From Eledone cirrhosa (taxonomy: Eukaryota): a stretch of 64,000 bases of DNA. The notes under the pieces are model-generated. The model was not told where the DNA came from and did no database searches. It worked only from the letters and a program-made list of their open reading frames with translations. Location of the stretch: the NCBI GenBank assembly GCA_964016885.1, contig OZ024742.1:348750001-348814000 (forward strand). The letters are read 5' to 3'. The position numbers were made by a program, and so were the translations under genes. Of the stretch, positions 38,801-53,800 are shown piece by piece (the stretch's first letter is position 1; every line of letters begins with the position of its first letter).

Positions 38801-41800
38801 TCTCTATGTCTCAACATGGTGATATTATTGACAATGTAAAGCTCTCTATGTCTCAATATGGCGACATTATTGACAACGTAAAGCTCTCTATGTCTCAATA
38901 TGGCGACAATATTGACAGTGTAAAGCTCTCTATGTCTCAATATGGTGACATTATTGACACATTGTAAAGCTCTCTAGGTCTCAATATGGTGATATTATTG
39001 ACAGGGTAAAGCTCTCTATGTCTCAATATGGTGACATTATTGACACATGTTAAAGCTCTCTATGTCTCAATATGGTGACATTATTGACAGTGTAAAGCTC
39101 TCTATGTCTTAATACGGCGACATTATTGACAATCTAAAGCTATCTATGTCTCAATATGGTGAACTTATTGACAATGTAAAGCTCTCTGTCTCAATATGGT
39201 GATATTATTGACAATGTAAAGCTCTCTATGTCTCAATATGGCGACATTATTGACAATGTAAAGCTCTCTATGTCTCAATATGGCGACATTATTGACAGTG
39301 TAAAGCTCTCTATGTCTCAATATGGTGACATTATTGACACGGTGTAAAGCTCTCAGTGTCTCAATATAGTAACATTATTGACACAGTGTAAAGCTCTCTA
39401 GGACTCAATATGGTGACATTATTGACAATGTGAAGCTCTGTATGTCTCAATATTCTGACATTATTGACACATTGTAAAGCGCTCTATGTCTCAATATGGT
39501 GACATCATTGACAGTGTAAAGCTCTGTATGTCTCAATATGGTGACATTATTGACAATGTAAAGCTCTCTATGTCTCAATATGGTGACATTATTGACAGTG
39601 TAAAGCCCTCTATGTCTCAATATGGTGACATTATTGACAGTGTAAAGTTCTCATTGTCTCAATATGGCGACATTATTGACAATGTAAAGCTCTCTATGTC
39701 TCAATATGGTGACATTATTGACAGTGTAAAGCTCTCTATGTCTCAATATGGCGACATTATTGACAATGTAAAGCTCTCTATGTCTCAATATGGTGACATT
39801 ATTGACAGTGTAAAGCTCTCTATGTCTCAATATGGTGACATTATTGACACAGTGTAAAGCTCTCTATGTCTCAATATGGTGATATTATTGACAGTGTAAA
39901 TCTCTCTATGATTCAATATAGCGACAGTATTGACACAGTGTTAAGCTCTCTATGTCTCAATATGGCGACCTTATTGACACATTGTAAAATCTCTCTATGT
40001 CTCAATATGGTGACATTATTGACACAGTGTAAAGCTCTCTATGTCTCAATATGGCGACATTATTGACAATGTGAAGCTCTGTATGTCTCAATATTCTGAC
40101 ATTATTGACACATTGTAAAGCGCTCTATGTCTCAATATGGTGACATCATTGACAGTGTAAAGCTCTGTATGTCTCAATATGGTGACATTATTGACAATGT
40201 AAAGCTCTCTATGTCTCAATATGGTGACATTATTGACAGTGTAAAGCCCTCTATTTCTCAATATGGTGACATTATTGACACAATGTAAAGCTCTCTAGGT
40301 CTCAATATGGTGACATTATTGACACATTTAAAGCACTCTATGTCTCAATATGGCGACATTATTGACAAAGTAAAGCCCTCTATGTCTCAATATGGCGACA
40401 TTATTGACAGTGTAAAGCTCTCTATGTCTCAATATGGTGACATTATTGACACAGTGTAAAGCTCTCAATGTCACAATATAGTAACATTATTGACACAGTG
40501 TAAAGCTCTCTAGGACTCAATATGGTGACATTATTGACAATGTAAAGCTCTCTATGTCTCAATATTCTGACATTATTGACACATTGTAAAGCGCTCTATG
40601 TCTCAATATGGTGACATCATTGACAGTGTAAAGCTCTGTATGTCTCAATATGGTGACATTATTGACAGTGTAAAGCTCTCTATGTCTCAATATGGTGACA
40701 TTATTGACAGTGTAAAGCTCTCATTGTCTCAATATGGCGACATTATTGACAATGTAAAGCTCTCTATCTCTCAATATTCTGACATTATTGACACATTGTA
40801 AAGCGCTCTATGTCTCAATATGGTGACATCATTGACAGTGTAAAGCTCTGTATGTCTCAATATGGTGACATTATTGACAATGTAAAGCTCTCTATGTCTC
40901 AATATGGTGACATTATTGACAGTGTAAAGCTCTCTATGTCTCAATATGGTGACATTATTGACACAGTGTAAAGCTCTCAATGTCTCAATATAGTAACATT
41001 ATTGACACAGTGTAAAGCTCTCTAGGACTCAATATGGTGACATTATTGACAATGTAAAGCTCTCTATGTCTCAATATTCTGACATTATTGACACATTGTA
41101 AAGCGCTCTATGTCTCAATATGGTGACCTTATTGACAGTGTAAAGCTCTCTATGTCTCAATATGCTGACATTATTGACAGTGTAAAGCTCTCTATGTCTC
41201 AATATGGTGACATTATTGACACAGTGTAAAGCTCTCTATGTCTCAATATGGCGATATTATTGATACAGTGTAAAGCTATCTGTCTCAATATGGTGACATT
41301 ATTGACAGTGTAAAGCTCTCTATGTCTCAATATGGTGACATTATTGACAATGTAAAGCTCTCTATGTCTCAATATGGTGACATTATTGACAGTGTAAAGC
41401 CCTCTATGTCTCAATATGGTGACATTATTGACAGTGTAAAGCTCTCATTGTCTCAATATGGCGACATTATTGACAATGTAAAGCTCTCTATGTCTCAATA
41501 TGGTGACATTATTGACAGTGTAAAGCTCTCTATGTCTCAATATGGCGACATTATTGACAATGTAAAGCTCTCTATGTCTCAATATGCTGACATTATTGAC
41601 AGTGTAAAGCTCTCTATGTCTCAATATGGCGACATTATTGATACAGTGTAAAGCTCTCTGTCTCAATATGGCGACATTATTGACAATGTAAAGCTTTCTA
41701 TGTCTCAATATGGCGACATTATTGACACAGTGTAAAGCTCTATATGTCTCAATATAGCGACATTATTGACAATGTAAAGCTCTCTATGTGTCAATATAGC

Positions 41801-44800
41801 GCCATTATTGACAATGTAAAGCTCTCTATGTCTCAATATAGTGACATTATTGACAACGTAAAGCTCTCGATGTCTCAATATAGCGCCATTATTGACAATG
41901 TAAAGCTCTCTATGTTTCAATATGGTGACATTATTGACAGTGTAAAGCTCTCTATGTCTCAATATGGCGACATTATTGACAGTGTAAAGCTCTCTATGTC
42001 TCAATATGGTGACATTATTGACACAGTGTAAAGCTCTCTATGTCTCAATATGGCGACATTATTGACAATGTAAAGCTCTCTATGTCTCAATATGGCGACA
42101 TTATTGACATAGTGTAAAGCTCTCTATATCACAATATGGCGACATTATCGACAATGTAAAGCTCTCTATGTCTCAATATGGCGACATTATTGACACAGTG
42201 TAAAGCTCTCTATGTCTCAATATGGCGACATTATTGACAATGTAAATCATTCTATGTCTAAATATGGTGACATTATTGACATAGTGTAAAGCAGTCTATG
42301 TCTCAATATGGCAACATTATTGACAATGTAAAGCTCTCTATGTCTCAATATGGCGACATTATTGACAGAGTGTAAAGCTCTCTATGTCTCAATATGGTGA
42401 TATTATTGACAGTGTAAAGCTCTCTATGATTCAATATAGCGACATTATTGACACAGTGTTAAGCTCTCTATGTCTCAATATGGCGACATTATTGACACAG
42501 TGTAAAATCTCTCTATGTCTCAATATGGTGACATTATTGACACAGTGTAAAGCTCTCTATGTCTAAATATGGCGACATTATTGACACAGTGTAAAGCTCT
42601 CTATGTCTCAATATGACGACATTTTTGCTACAGTGTAGAGCTCTCTTTGTCTCAATATGGCGACATTATTGACAGTGTAAGGCTCTCTATGTCTCAATAT
42701 CGCGTCATTATTGATACAGTGTAGAGCTCTCTATGTCTCAATATGGTGACATTATTGACACAGTGTAAAGCTCTCTATTTCTCAATATGGTGACATTATT
42801 GACACAGTGTAAAGCTCTCTAGGTCTCAATATGGTGACATTATTGACAGGGTAAAGCTCTCTATGTCTCAATATGGTGACATTATTGACACATTTTAAAG
42901 CACTCTATGTCTCAATATGGCGACATTATTGACAAAGTAAAGCCCTCTATGTCTCAATATGGCGACATTATTGACAGTGTAAAGCTCTCTATGTCTCAAT
43001 ATGGTGACATTATTGACACAGTGTAAAGCTCTCAATGTCTCAATATGGCGACATTATTGACAATGTAAAGCTCTCTATGTCTCAATATTCTGACATTATT
43101 GACACATTGTAAAGCGCTCTATGTCTCAATATGGTGACATCATTGACAGTGTAAAGCTCTGTATGTCTCAATATGGTGACATTATTGACAATGTAAAGCT
43201 CTCTATGTCTCAATATGGTGACATTATTGACAGTGTAAAGCCCTCTATGTCTCAATATGGTGACATTATTGACAGTGTAAAGCTCTCATTGTCTCAATAT
43301 GGCGACATTATTGACAATGTAAAGCTCTCTATGTCTCAATATTCTGACATTATTGACACATTGTAAAGCGCTCTATGTCTCAATATGGTGACATCATTGA
43401 CAGTGTAAAGCTCTGTATGTCTCAATATGGTGACATTATTGACAATGTAAAGCTCTCTATGTCTCAATATGGTGACATTATTGACAGTGTAAAGCTCTCT
43501 ATGTCTCAATATGGTGACATTATTGACACAGTGTAAAGCTCTCAATGTCTCAATATAGTAACATTATTGACACAGTGTATAGCTCTCTAGGACTCAATAT
43601 GGTGACATTATTGACAATGTAAAGCTCTCTATGTCTCAATATTCTGACATTATTGACACATTGTAAAGCGCTCTATGCCTCAATATGGTGACATTATTGA
43701 CAGTGTAAAGCTCTCTATGTCTCAATATGGCGACATTATTGACAATGTAAAGCTCTCTATGTCTCAATATGCTGACATTATTGACAGTGTAAAGCTCTCT
43801 ATGTCTCAATATGGTGACATTATTGACACAGTGTAAAGCTCTCTATGTCTCAATATGGCGACATTATTGATACAGTGTAAAGCTATCTGTCTCAATATGG
43901 CGACATTATTGGTACAGTGTAAAGCTTCTATGTCTCAATATGGTGAGATTATTGACACAGTGTAAAGCTCTCTATGTCTCAATATGGTGACATTATTGAC
44001 AATGTAAAGCTCTCTATGTCTCAATATGGTGACATTATTGACAGTGTAAAGCTCTCTATGTCTCAATATGGCGACATTATTAACAATGTAAAGCTCTCTA
44101 TGTCTCAATATGGTGACATTATTGACAGTGTAAAGCTCTCTATGTCTCAATATGGTGACATTATTGACACATTGTAAAGTTTTCTATGTCTCAATATGGT
44201 GACATTATTGACAGTGTAAAACTCTCTATGTCTCAATATGGCGACATTATTGACAACGTAAAGCTCTCTATGTGTCAATATGGCGACATTATTGACAATG
44301 TAAAGCTCTCTATGTCTCAATATGGCGACATTATTGACAATGTAAAGCTCTCTATGTCTCAACATGGTGATATTATTGACAATGTAAAGCTCTCTATGTC
44401 TCAATATGGCGACATTATTGACAACGTAAAGCTCTCTATGTCTCAATATGGCGACAATATTGACAGTGTAAAGCTCTCTATGTCTCAATATGGTGACATT
44501 ATTGACACATTGTAAAGCTCTCTAGGTCTCAATATGGTGACATTATTGACAGGGTAAAGCTCTCTATGTCTCAATATGGTGACATTATTGACACATGTTA
44601 AAGCTCTCTATGTCTCAATATGGTGACATTATTGACAGTGTAAAGCTCTCTATGTCTTAATACGGCGACATTATTGACAATCTAAAGCTATCTATGTCTC
44701 AATATGGTGAACTTATTGACAATGTAAAGCTCTCTATGTCTCAATATGGTGATATTATTGACAATGTAAAGCTCTCTATGTCTCAATATGGCGACATTAT

Positions 44801-47800
44801 TGACAATGTAAAGCTCTCTATGTCTCAATATGGCGACATTATTGACAGTGTAAAGCTCTCTATGTCTCAATATGGTGACATTATTGACACGGTGTAAAGC
44901 TCTCAGTGTCTCAATATAGTAACATTATTGACACAGTGTAAAGCTCTCTAGGACTCAATATGGTGACATTATTGACAATGTGAAGCTCTGTATGTCTCAA
45001 TATTCTGACATTATTGACACATTGTAAAGCGCTCTATGTCTCAATATGGTGACATCATTGACAGTGTAAAGCTCTGTATGTCTCAATATGGTGACATTAT
45101 TGACAATGTAAAGCTCTCTATGTCTCAATATGGTGACATTATTGACAGTGTAAAGCCCTCTATGTCTCAATATGGTGACATTATTGACAGTGTAAAGTTC
45201 TCATTGTCTCAATATGGCGACATTATTGACAATGTAAAGCTCTCTATGTCTCAATATGGTGACATTATTGACAGTGTAAAGCTCTCTATGTCTCAATATG
45301 GCGACATTATTGACAATGTAAAGCTCTCTATGTCTCAATATGGTGACATTATTGACAGTGTAAAGCTCTCTATGTCTCAATATGGTGACATTATTGACAC
45401 AGTGTAAAGCTCTCTATGTCTCAATATGGTGATATTATTGACAGTGTAAATCTCTCTATGATTCAATATAGCGACAGTATTGACACAGTGTTAAGCTCTC
45501 TATGTCTCAATATGGCGACCTTATTGACACATTGTAAAATCTCTCTATGTCTCAATATGGTGACATTATTGACACAGTGTAAAGCTCTCTATGTCTCAAT
45601 ATGGCGACATTATTGACAATGTGAAGCTCTGTATGTCTCAATATTCTGACATTATTGACACATTGTAAAGCGCTCTATGTCTCAATATGGTGACATCATT
45701 GACAGTGTAAAGCTCTGTATGTCTCAATATGGTGACATTATTGACAATGTAAAGCTCTCTATGTCTCAATATGGTGACATTATTGACAGTGTAAAGCCCT
45801 CTATTTCTCAATATGGTGACATTATTGACACAATGTAAAGCTCTCTAGGTCTCAATATGGTGACATTATTGACACATTTAAAGCACTCTATGTCTCAATA
45901 TGGCGACATTATTGACAAAGTAAAGCCCTCTATGTCTCAATATGGCGACATTATTGACAGTGTAAAGCTCTCTATGTCTCAATATGGTGACATTATTGAC
46001 ACAGTGTAAAGCTCTCAATGTCACAATATAGTAACATTATTGACACAGTGTAAAGCTCTCTAGGACTCAATATGGTGACATTATTGACAATGTAAAGCTC
46101 TCTATGTCTCAATATTCTGACATTATTGACACATTGTAAAGCGCTCTATGTCTCAATATGGTGACATCATTGACAGTGTAAAGCTCTGTATGTCTCAATA
46201 TGGTGACATTATTGACAGTGTAAAGCTCTCTATGTCTCAATATGGTGACATTATTGACAGTGTAAAGCTCTCATTGTCTCAATATGGCGACATTATTGAC
46301 AATGTAAAGCTCTCTATCTCTCAATATTCTGACATTATTGACACATTGTAAAGCGCTCTATGTCTCAATATGGTGACATCATTGACAGTGTAAAGCTCTG
46401 TATGTCTCAATATGGTGACATTATTGACAATGTAAAGCTCTCTATGTCTCAATATGGTGACATTATTGACAGTGTAAAGCTCTCTATGTCTCAATATGGT
46501 GACATTATTGACACAGTGTAAAGCTCTCAATGTCTCAATATAGTAACATTATTGACACAGTGTAAAGCTCTCTAGGACTCAATATGGTGACATTATTGAC
46601 AATGTAAAGCTCTCTATGTCTCAATATTCTGACATTATTGACACATTGTAAAGCGCTCTATGTCTCAATATGGTGACCTTATTGACAGTGTAAAGCTCTC
46701 TATGTCTCAATATGCTGACATTATTGACAGTGTAAAGCTCTCTATGTCTCAATATGGTGACATTATTGACACAGTGTAAAGCTCTCTATGTCTCAATATG
46801 GCGATATTATTGATACAGTGTAAAGCTATCTGTCTCAATATGGTGACATTATTGACAGTGTAAAGCTCTCTATGTCTCAATATGGTGACATTATTGACAA
46901 TGTAAAGCTCTCTATGTCTCAATATGGTGACATTATTGACAGTGTAAAGCCCTCTATGTCTCAATATGGTGACATTATTGACAGTGTAAAGCTCTCATTG
47001 TCTCAATATGGCGACATTATTGACAATGTAAAGCTCTCTATGTCTCAATATGGTGACATTATTGACAGTGTAAAGCTCTCTATGTCTCAATATGGCGACA
47101 TTATTGACAATGTAAAGCTCTCTATGTCTCAATATGCTGACATTATTGACAGTGTAAAGCTCTCTATGTCTCAATATGGCGACATTATTGATACAGTGTA
47201 AAGCTCTCTGTCTCAATATGGCGACATTATTGACAATGTAAAGCTTTCTATGTCTCAATATGGCGACATTATTGACACAGTGTAAAGCTCTATATGTCTC
47301 AATATAGCGACATTATTGACAATGTAAAGCTCTCTATGTGTCAATATAGCGCCATTATTGACAATGTAAAGCTCTCTATGTCTCAATATAGTGACATTAT
47401 TGACAACGTAAAGCTCTCTATGTCTCAATATAGCGCCATTATTGACAATGTAAAGCTCTCTATGTCTCAATATGGTGACATTATTGACAGTGTAAAGCTC
47501 TCTATGTCTCAATATGGCGACGTTATTGACAGTGTAAAGCTCTCTATGTCTCAATATGGCGACATTATTGACACAGTGTAAAGCTCTCTATATCACAATA
47601 TGGCGACATTATTGACAATGTAAAGCTCTCTATGTCTCAATATGGCGACATTATTGACACAGTGTAAAGCTCTCTATGTCTCAATATGGCGACATTATTG
47701 ACAATGTAAATCATTCTATGTCTCAATATGGTGACATTATTGACATAGTGTAAAGCACTCTATGTCTCAATATGGCAACATTATTGACAATGTAAAGCTC

Positions 47801-50800
47801 TCTATGTCTCAATATGGCGACATTATTGACAGAGTGTAAAGCTCTCTATGTCTCAATATGGTGATATTATTGACAGTGTAAAGCTCTCTATGATTCAATA
47901 TAGCGACATTAATGACACAGTGTAAAGCTCTCTATGTCTCAATATGGCGATATTATTGACACAGTGTAAATCTCTCTATGTCACAATATGGTGACATTAT
48001 TGACACAGTATAAAGCTCTCTATGTCTCAATATGGCGACATTATTGACACAGTGTAAAGCTCTCTATGTCTCAATATGGCGACTTTTTTCCTACAGTGTA
48101 GAGCTCTCTTTGTCTCAATATGGCGACATTATTGACAGTGTAAAGCTCTCTATGTCTCAATATGGCGACATTATTGATACAGTGTAGAGCTCTCTATGTT
48201 TCAATATGGTGACATTATTGACACAGTGTAAAGCTCTCTGTTTCTCAATATGGTGACATTATTGACACAGTGTAAAGCTCTCTATGTCTCAACATGGTGA
48301 CATTATTGACAGTGTAAAGCTCTCTATGTCTCAATATGGTGAGATTATTGACACATTTTAAAGCTATCTATGTCTCAATATGGTGACATTATTGACAATG
48401 TAAAGCTCTCTATGTCTCAATATGGTGACATTATTGACAGTGTAAAGCTCTCTATGTCTCAATATGGTGACATTATTGACAATGTAAGGCTCTCTATGTC
48501 TCAATATGGTGACATTATTGACAGTGTAAAGCCCTCTATGTCTCAATATGGTGACAGTATTGACAGTGTAAAGCTCTCTATGTCTCAATATGGCGACATT
48601 ATTGATACAGTGTAACGCTCTCTATGTCTCAATATGGCGACATTATTGACAATGTAAAGATCTCTATGTCTCAATATGGCGACATTATTGACAATGTAAA
48701 GCTCTCTATGTCTCAATATGGCGACAGTATTGACAGTGTAAAGCTCTCTATGTCTCAATATGGCGACAGTATTGACAGTGTAAAGCTCTCTAGGTCTCAA
48801 TATGGTGACATTATTGACAGTGTAAAGCTCTCTATGTCTCAATATGGCGACATTATTGACAATGTAAAGCTCTCTATGGCTCAATATGGCGACATTATTG
48901 ACAACGTAAAGCTCTCTATGTCTCAATATGGTGACATTATTGACAGTGTAAAGCTCTCTATGTCTCAATATGGCGACATTATTAACAATGTAAAGCTTTC
49001 TATGTCTCAATATGGCGACATTATTGACACAGTGTAAAGCTCTCTATGTCTCAATATAGCGACATTATTGACAATATAAAGCTCTCTATGTCTCAATATA
49101 GCGCCATTATTGACAATGTAATGCTCTCTATGTCTCAATATGGTGACATTATTGACAATGTAAAGCTCTCTATGTCTCAATATAGCGCCATTATTGACAA
49201 TGTAAAGCTCTCTATGTTTCAATATGGTGACATTATTGACAGTGTAAAGCTCTCTATGTCTCAATATGGCGACATTATTGACAGTTTAAAGCTCTCTATG
49301 TCTCAATATGGTGACATTATTGACACAGTGTAAAGCTCTCTATGTCTCAATATGGCGACATTATTGACAATGTAAAGCTCTCTATGTCTCAATATGGCGA
49401 CATTATTGACATAGTGTAAAGCTCTCTATATCACAATATGGCCACATTATCGACAATGTAAAGCTCTCTATGTCTCAATATGGCGACATTATTGACACAG
49501 TGTAAAGCTCTCTATGTCTCAATATGGCGACATTATTGACAATGTAAATCATTCTATGTCTCAATATGGTGACATTATTGACATAGTGTAAAGCAGTCTA
49601 TGTCTCAATATGGCAACATTATTGACAATGTAAAGCTCTCTATGTCTCAATATGGGGACATTATTGACAGAGTGTAAAGCTCTCTATGTCTCAATATGGT
49701 GATATTATTGACAGTGTAAAGCTCTCTATTATTCAATATAGCGACATTATTGACACAGTGTTAAGCTCTCTATGTCTCAATATGGCGACATTATTGACAC
49801 AGTGTAAAATCTCTCTATGTCTCAATATGGTGACATTATTGACACAGTGTAAAGCTCTCTATGTCTCAATATGGCGACATTATTGACACAGTGTAAAGCT
49901 CTCTATGTCTCAATATGGCGACATTTTTGCTACAGTGTAGAGCTCTCTTTGTCTCAATATGGCGACATTATTGACAGTGTAAAGCTCTCTATGTCTCAAT
50001 ATGGCGACATTATTGACAATGTAAAGCTCTCTATGTCTCAATATGGTGACATTGTTGACAGTGTAAAGCTCTCTATGTCTCAATATGGTGACAGTATTGA
50101 CAATGTAAATCTCTCTATGTCTCAATATGGCGACATTATTGATACAGTGTAACGCTCTCTATGTCTCAATATGGCGACATTATTGACAATGTAAAGATCT
50201 CTATGTCTCAATATGGCGACATTATTGACAATGTAAAGCTCTCTATGTCTCAATATGGCGACAGTATTGACAGTGTAAAGCTCTCTATGTCTCAATATGC
50301 CGACAGTATTGACAGTGTAAAGCTCTCTATGTCTCAATATGGTGACATTATTGACAGTGTAAAGCTCTCTATGTCTCAATATGGCGACATTATTGACAAT
50401 GTAAAGCTCTCTATGTCTCAATATGGTGACATTATTGACAATGTAAAGCTCTCTATGTCTCAATATGGCGACATTATTGACACGGTGTAAAGCTCTCTAT
50501 GTCTCAATATGGCGACATTATTGACAATGTAAAGCACTCTATATCTCAATATGGCGACATTATTGACAATGTAAAGGTCTCTATGTCTCAATATGGCGAC
50601 ATTATTGACACAGTGTAAAGCTCTCTATGTCTCAATATGGCAACATTATTGACAACGTAAAGCTCTCTATGTCTCAATATGTCGACATTATTGACAGTGT
50701 AAAGCTCTCTATGTCTCAATATGGCGACATTATTGACACAGTGTAAAGCTCTCTATGTCTCAATATGGAGACATTATTGACACAGTGTAAAGCTCTCTAT

Positions 50801-53800
50801 GTCTCAATATGGCGACATTATTGACAATGTAAAGCACTCTATGTCTCAATATGGCGACATTATTGACAATGTAAAGCTCTCTCTGTCTCAGTATGGCGAC
50901 ATTATTGACAATGTAAAGCTTTCTATGTCTCAATATGGCGACATTATTGACACAGTGTAAAGCTCTCTATGTCTCAATATGGCGACATTATTGACAATGT
51001 AAAGCTCTCTATGTCTCAATATGGCGACATTATTGACAATGTAAAGCTCTCTATGTCTCAATATGGTGACATTGTTGACAGTGTAAAGCTCTCTATGTCT
51101 CAATATGGTGACAGTATTGACAATGTAAAGCTCTCTATGTCTCAATATGGCGACATTATTGATACAGTGTAAAGCTCACTATGTCTCAATATGGCGACAT
51201 TATTGATAATGTAAAGCTATCTATGTCTCAATATGGCGACATTATTGACAATGTAAAGCTCTCTATGTCTTAATATGGTGACAGTTATGACAGTGTAAAG
51301 CTCTCTATGTCTCAATATGGCGACAGTATTGACAGTGTAAAGCTCTCTATGTCTCAATATGGTGACATTATTGAGAGTGTAAAGCTCTCTATGTCTCAAT
51401 ATAGTGACATTATTGACAGTGTAAAGCTCTCTATGTCTCAATATGGCGACATTATTGACAGTGTAAAGCCCTCTATGTCTCAATATGGCGACATTATTGA
51501 CAGTGTAAAGCTCTCTATGTCTCAATATGGCGACAGTATTGACAGTGTAAAGCTCTCTATGTCTCAATATGGTGACATTATTGACAGTGTAAAGCTCTCT
51601 ATGTCTCAATATGGCGACATTATTGACGATGTAAAGCTCTCTATGTCTCAATATGGCGACATTATTGACAATGTAAAGCTCTCTATGTCTCAATATGGCG
51701 ACATTATTGACAATGTAAAGCTCTCTATGTCTCAATATGGCGACATTATTGACAGTGTAAAGCGCTCTATGTCTCAATATGGCGACATTATTGACAATGT
51801 AAAGCTTTCTATGTCTCAATATGGCGACATTATTGACACAGTGTAAAGCTCTCTATGTCTCAATATAGCGACATTATTGACAATGTAAAGCTCTCTATGT
51901 CTCAATATAGCGCCATTATTGACAATGTAAAGCTCTCTATGTCTCAATATGGTGACATTATTGACAATGTAAAGCTCTCTATGTCTCAATATAGCGCCAT
52001 TATTGACAATGTAAAGCTCTCTATGTCTAAATATGGTGATATTATTGACAGTAAAAAGCTCTCTATGTCTCAATATGGCGAGATTATTGACAGTGTAAAG
52101 CTTTCTATGTCTCAATATGGTGACTTTATTGACACAGTGTAAAGCTCTCTATGTCTCAATATGGCGACATTATTGACAATGTAAAGCTCTCTATGTCTCA
52201 ATATGGCGACATTATTGACAGTGTAAAGCTCTCTATGTCTCAATATGGTGACATTATTGACACAGTGTAAAGCTCTCTATGTCTCAATATGGCGACATTA
52301 TTGACAATGTAAAGCTCTCTATGTCTCAATATGGCGACATTATTGACATAGTGTAAAGCTCTCTATATCACAATATGGCGACATTATCGACAATGTAAAG
52401 CTCTCTATGTCTCAATATGGCGACATTATTGACAATGTAAATCATTCTATGTCTCAATATGGCGACAGTATTGACAGTGTAAAGCTCTCTATGTCTCAAT
52501 ATGGCGACATTATTGACACAGTGTAAAATCTCTCTATGTCTCAATATGGTGACATTATACACACAGTGTAAAGCTCTCTATGTCTCAATATGGTGACAGT
52601 ATTGACAATGTAAAGCTCTCTATGTCTCAATATGGCGACATTATTGATACAGTGTAACGCTCTCTATGTCTCAATATGGCGACATTATTGACAATGAAAA
52701 GCTCTCTATGTCTCAATATGGCGACATTATTGACAATGTAAAGCTCTCTATGTCTCAATATGGCGACAGTATTGACAGTGTAAAGCTCTCTATGTCTCAA
52801 TATGGCGACAGTATTGACAGTGTAAAGCTCTCTATGTCTCAATATGGTGACATTATTGACAGTGTAAAGCTCTCTATGTCTCAATATGGCGACATTATTG
52901 ACAATGTAAAGCTCTCTATGGCTCAATATGGCAACATTATTGACAATGTAAAGCTCTCTATGTCTCAATATGGTGACATTATTGACAGTGTAAAGCTCTC
53001 TATGTCTCAATATGGCGACATTATTAACAATGTAAAGCTTTCTATGTCTCAATATGGCGACATTATTGACACAGTGTAAAGCTCTCTATGTCTCAATATA
53101 GCGACATTATTGACAATATAAAGCTCTCTATGTCTCAATATAGCGCCATTATTGACAATGTAATGCTCTCTATGTCTCAATATGGTGACATTATTGACAA
53201 TATAAAGCTCTCTATGTTTCAATATGGTGACATTATTGACAGTGTAAAGCTCTCTATGTCTCAATATGGCGACATTATTGACAGTGTAAAGCTCTCTATG
53301 TCTCAATATGGTGACATTATTGACAATGTAAAGCTCTCTATGTTTCAATATGGTGACATTATTGACAGTGTAAAGCTCTCTATGTCTCGATATGGCGACA
53401 TTATTGACAGTGTAAAGCTCTCTATGTCTCAATATGGTGACATTATTGACACAGTGTAAAGCTCTCTATGTCTCAATATGGCGACATTATTGACAATGTA
53501 AAGCTCTCTATGTCTCAATATGGCGACATTATTGACATAGTGTAAAGCTCTCTATATCACAATATGGCGACATTATCGACAATGTAAAGCTCTCTATGTC
53601 TCAATATGGCGACATTATTGACACAGTGTAAAGCTCTCTATGTCTCAATATGGCGACATTATTGACAATGTGAATCATTCTATGTCTCAATATGGTGACA
53701 TTATTGACATAGTGTAAAGCAGTCAATGTCTCAATATGGCAACATTATTGACAATGTAAAGCTCTCTATGTCTCAATATGGCGACATTATTGACAGAGTG

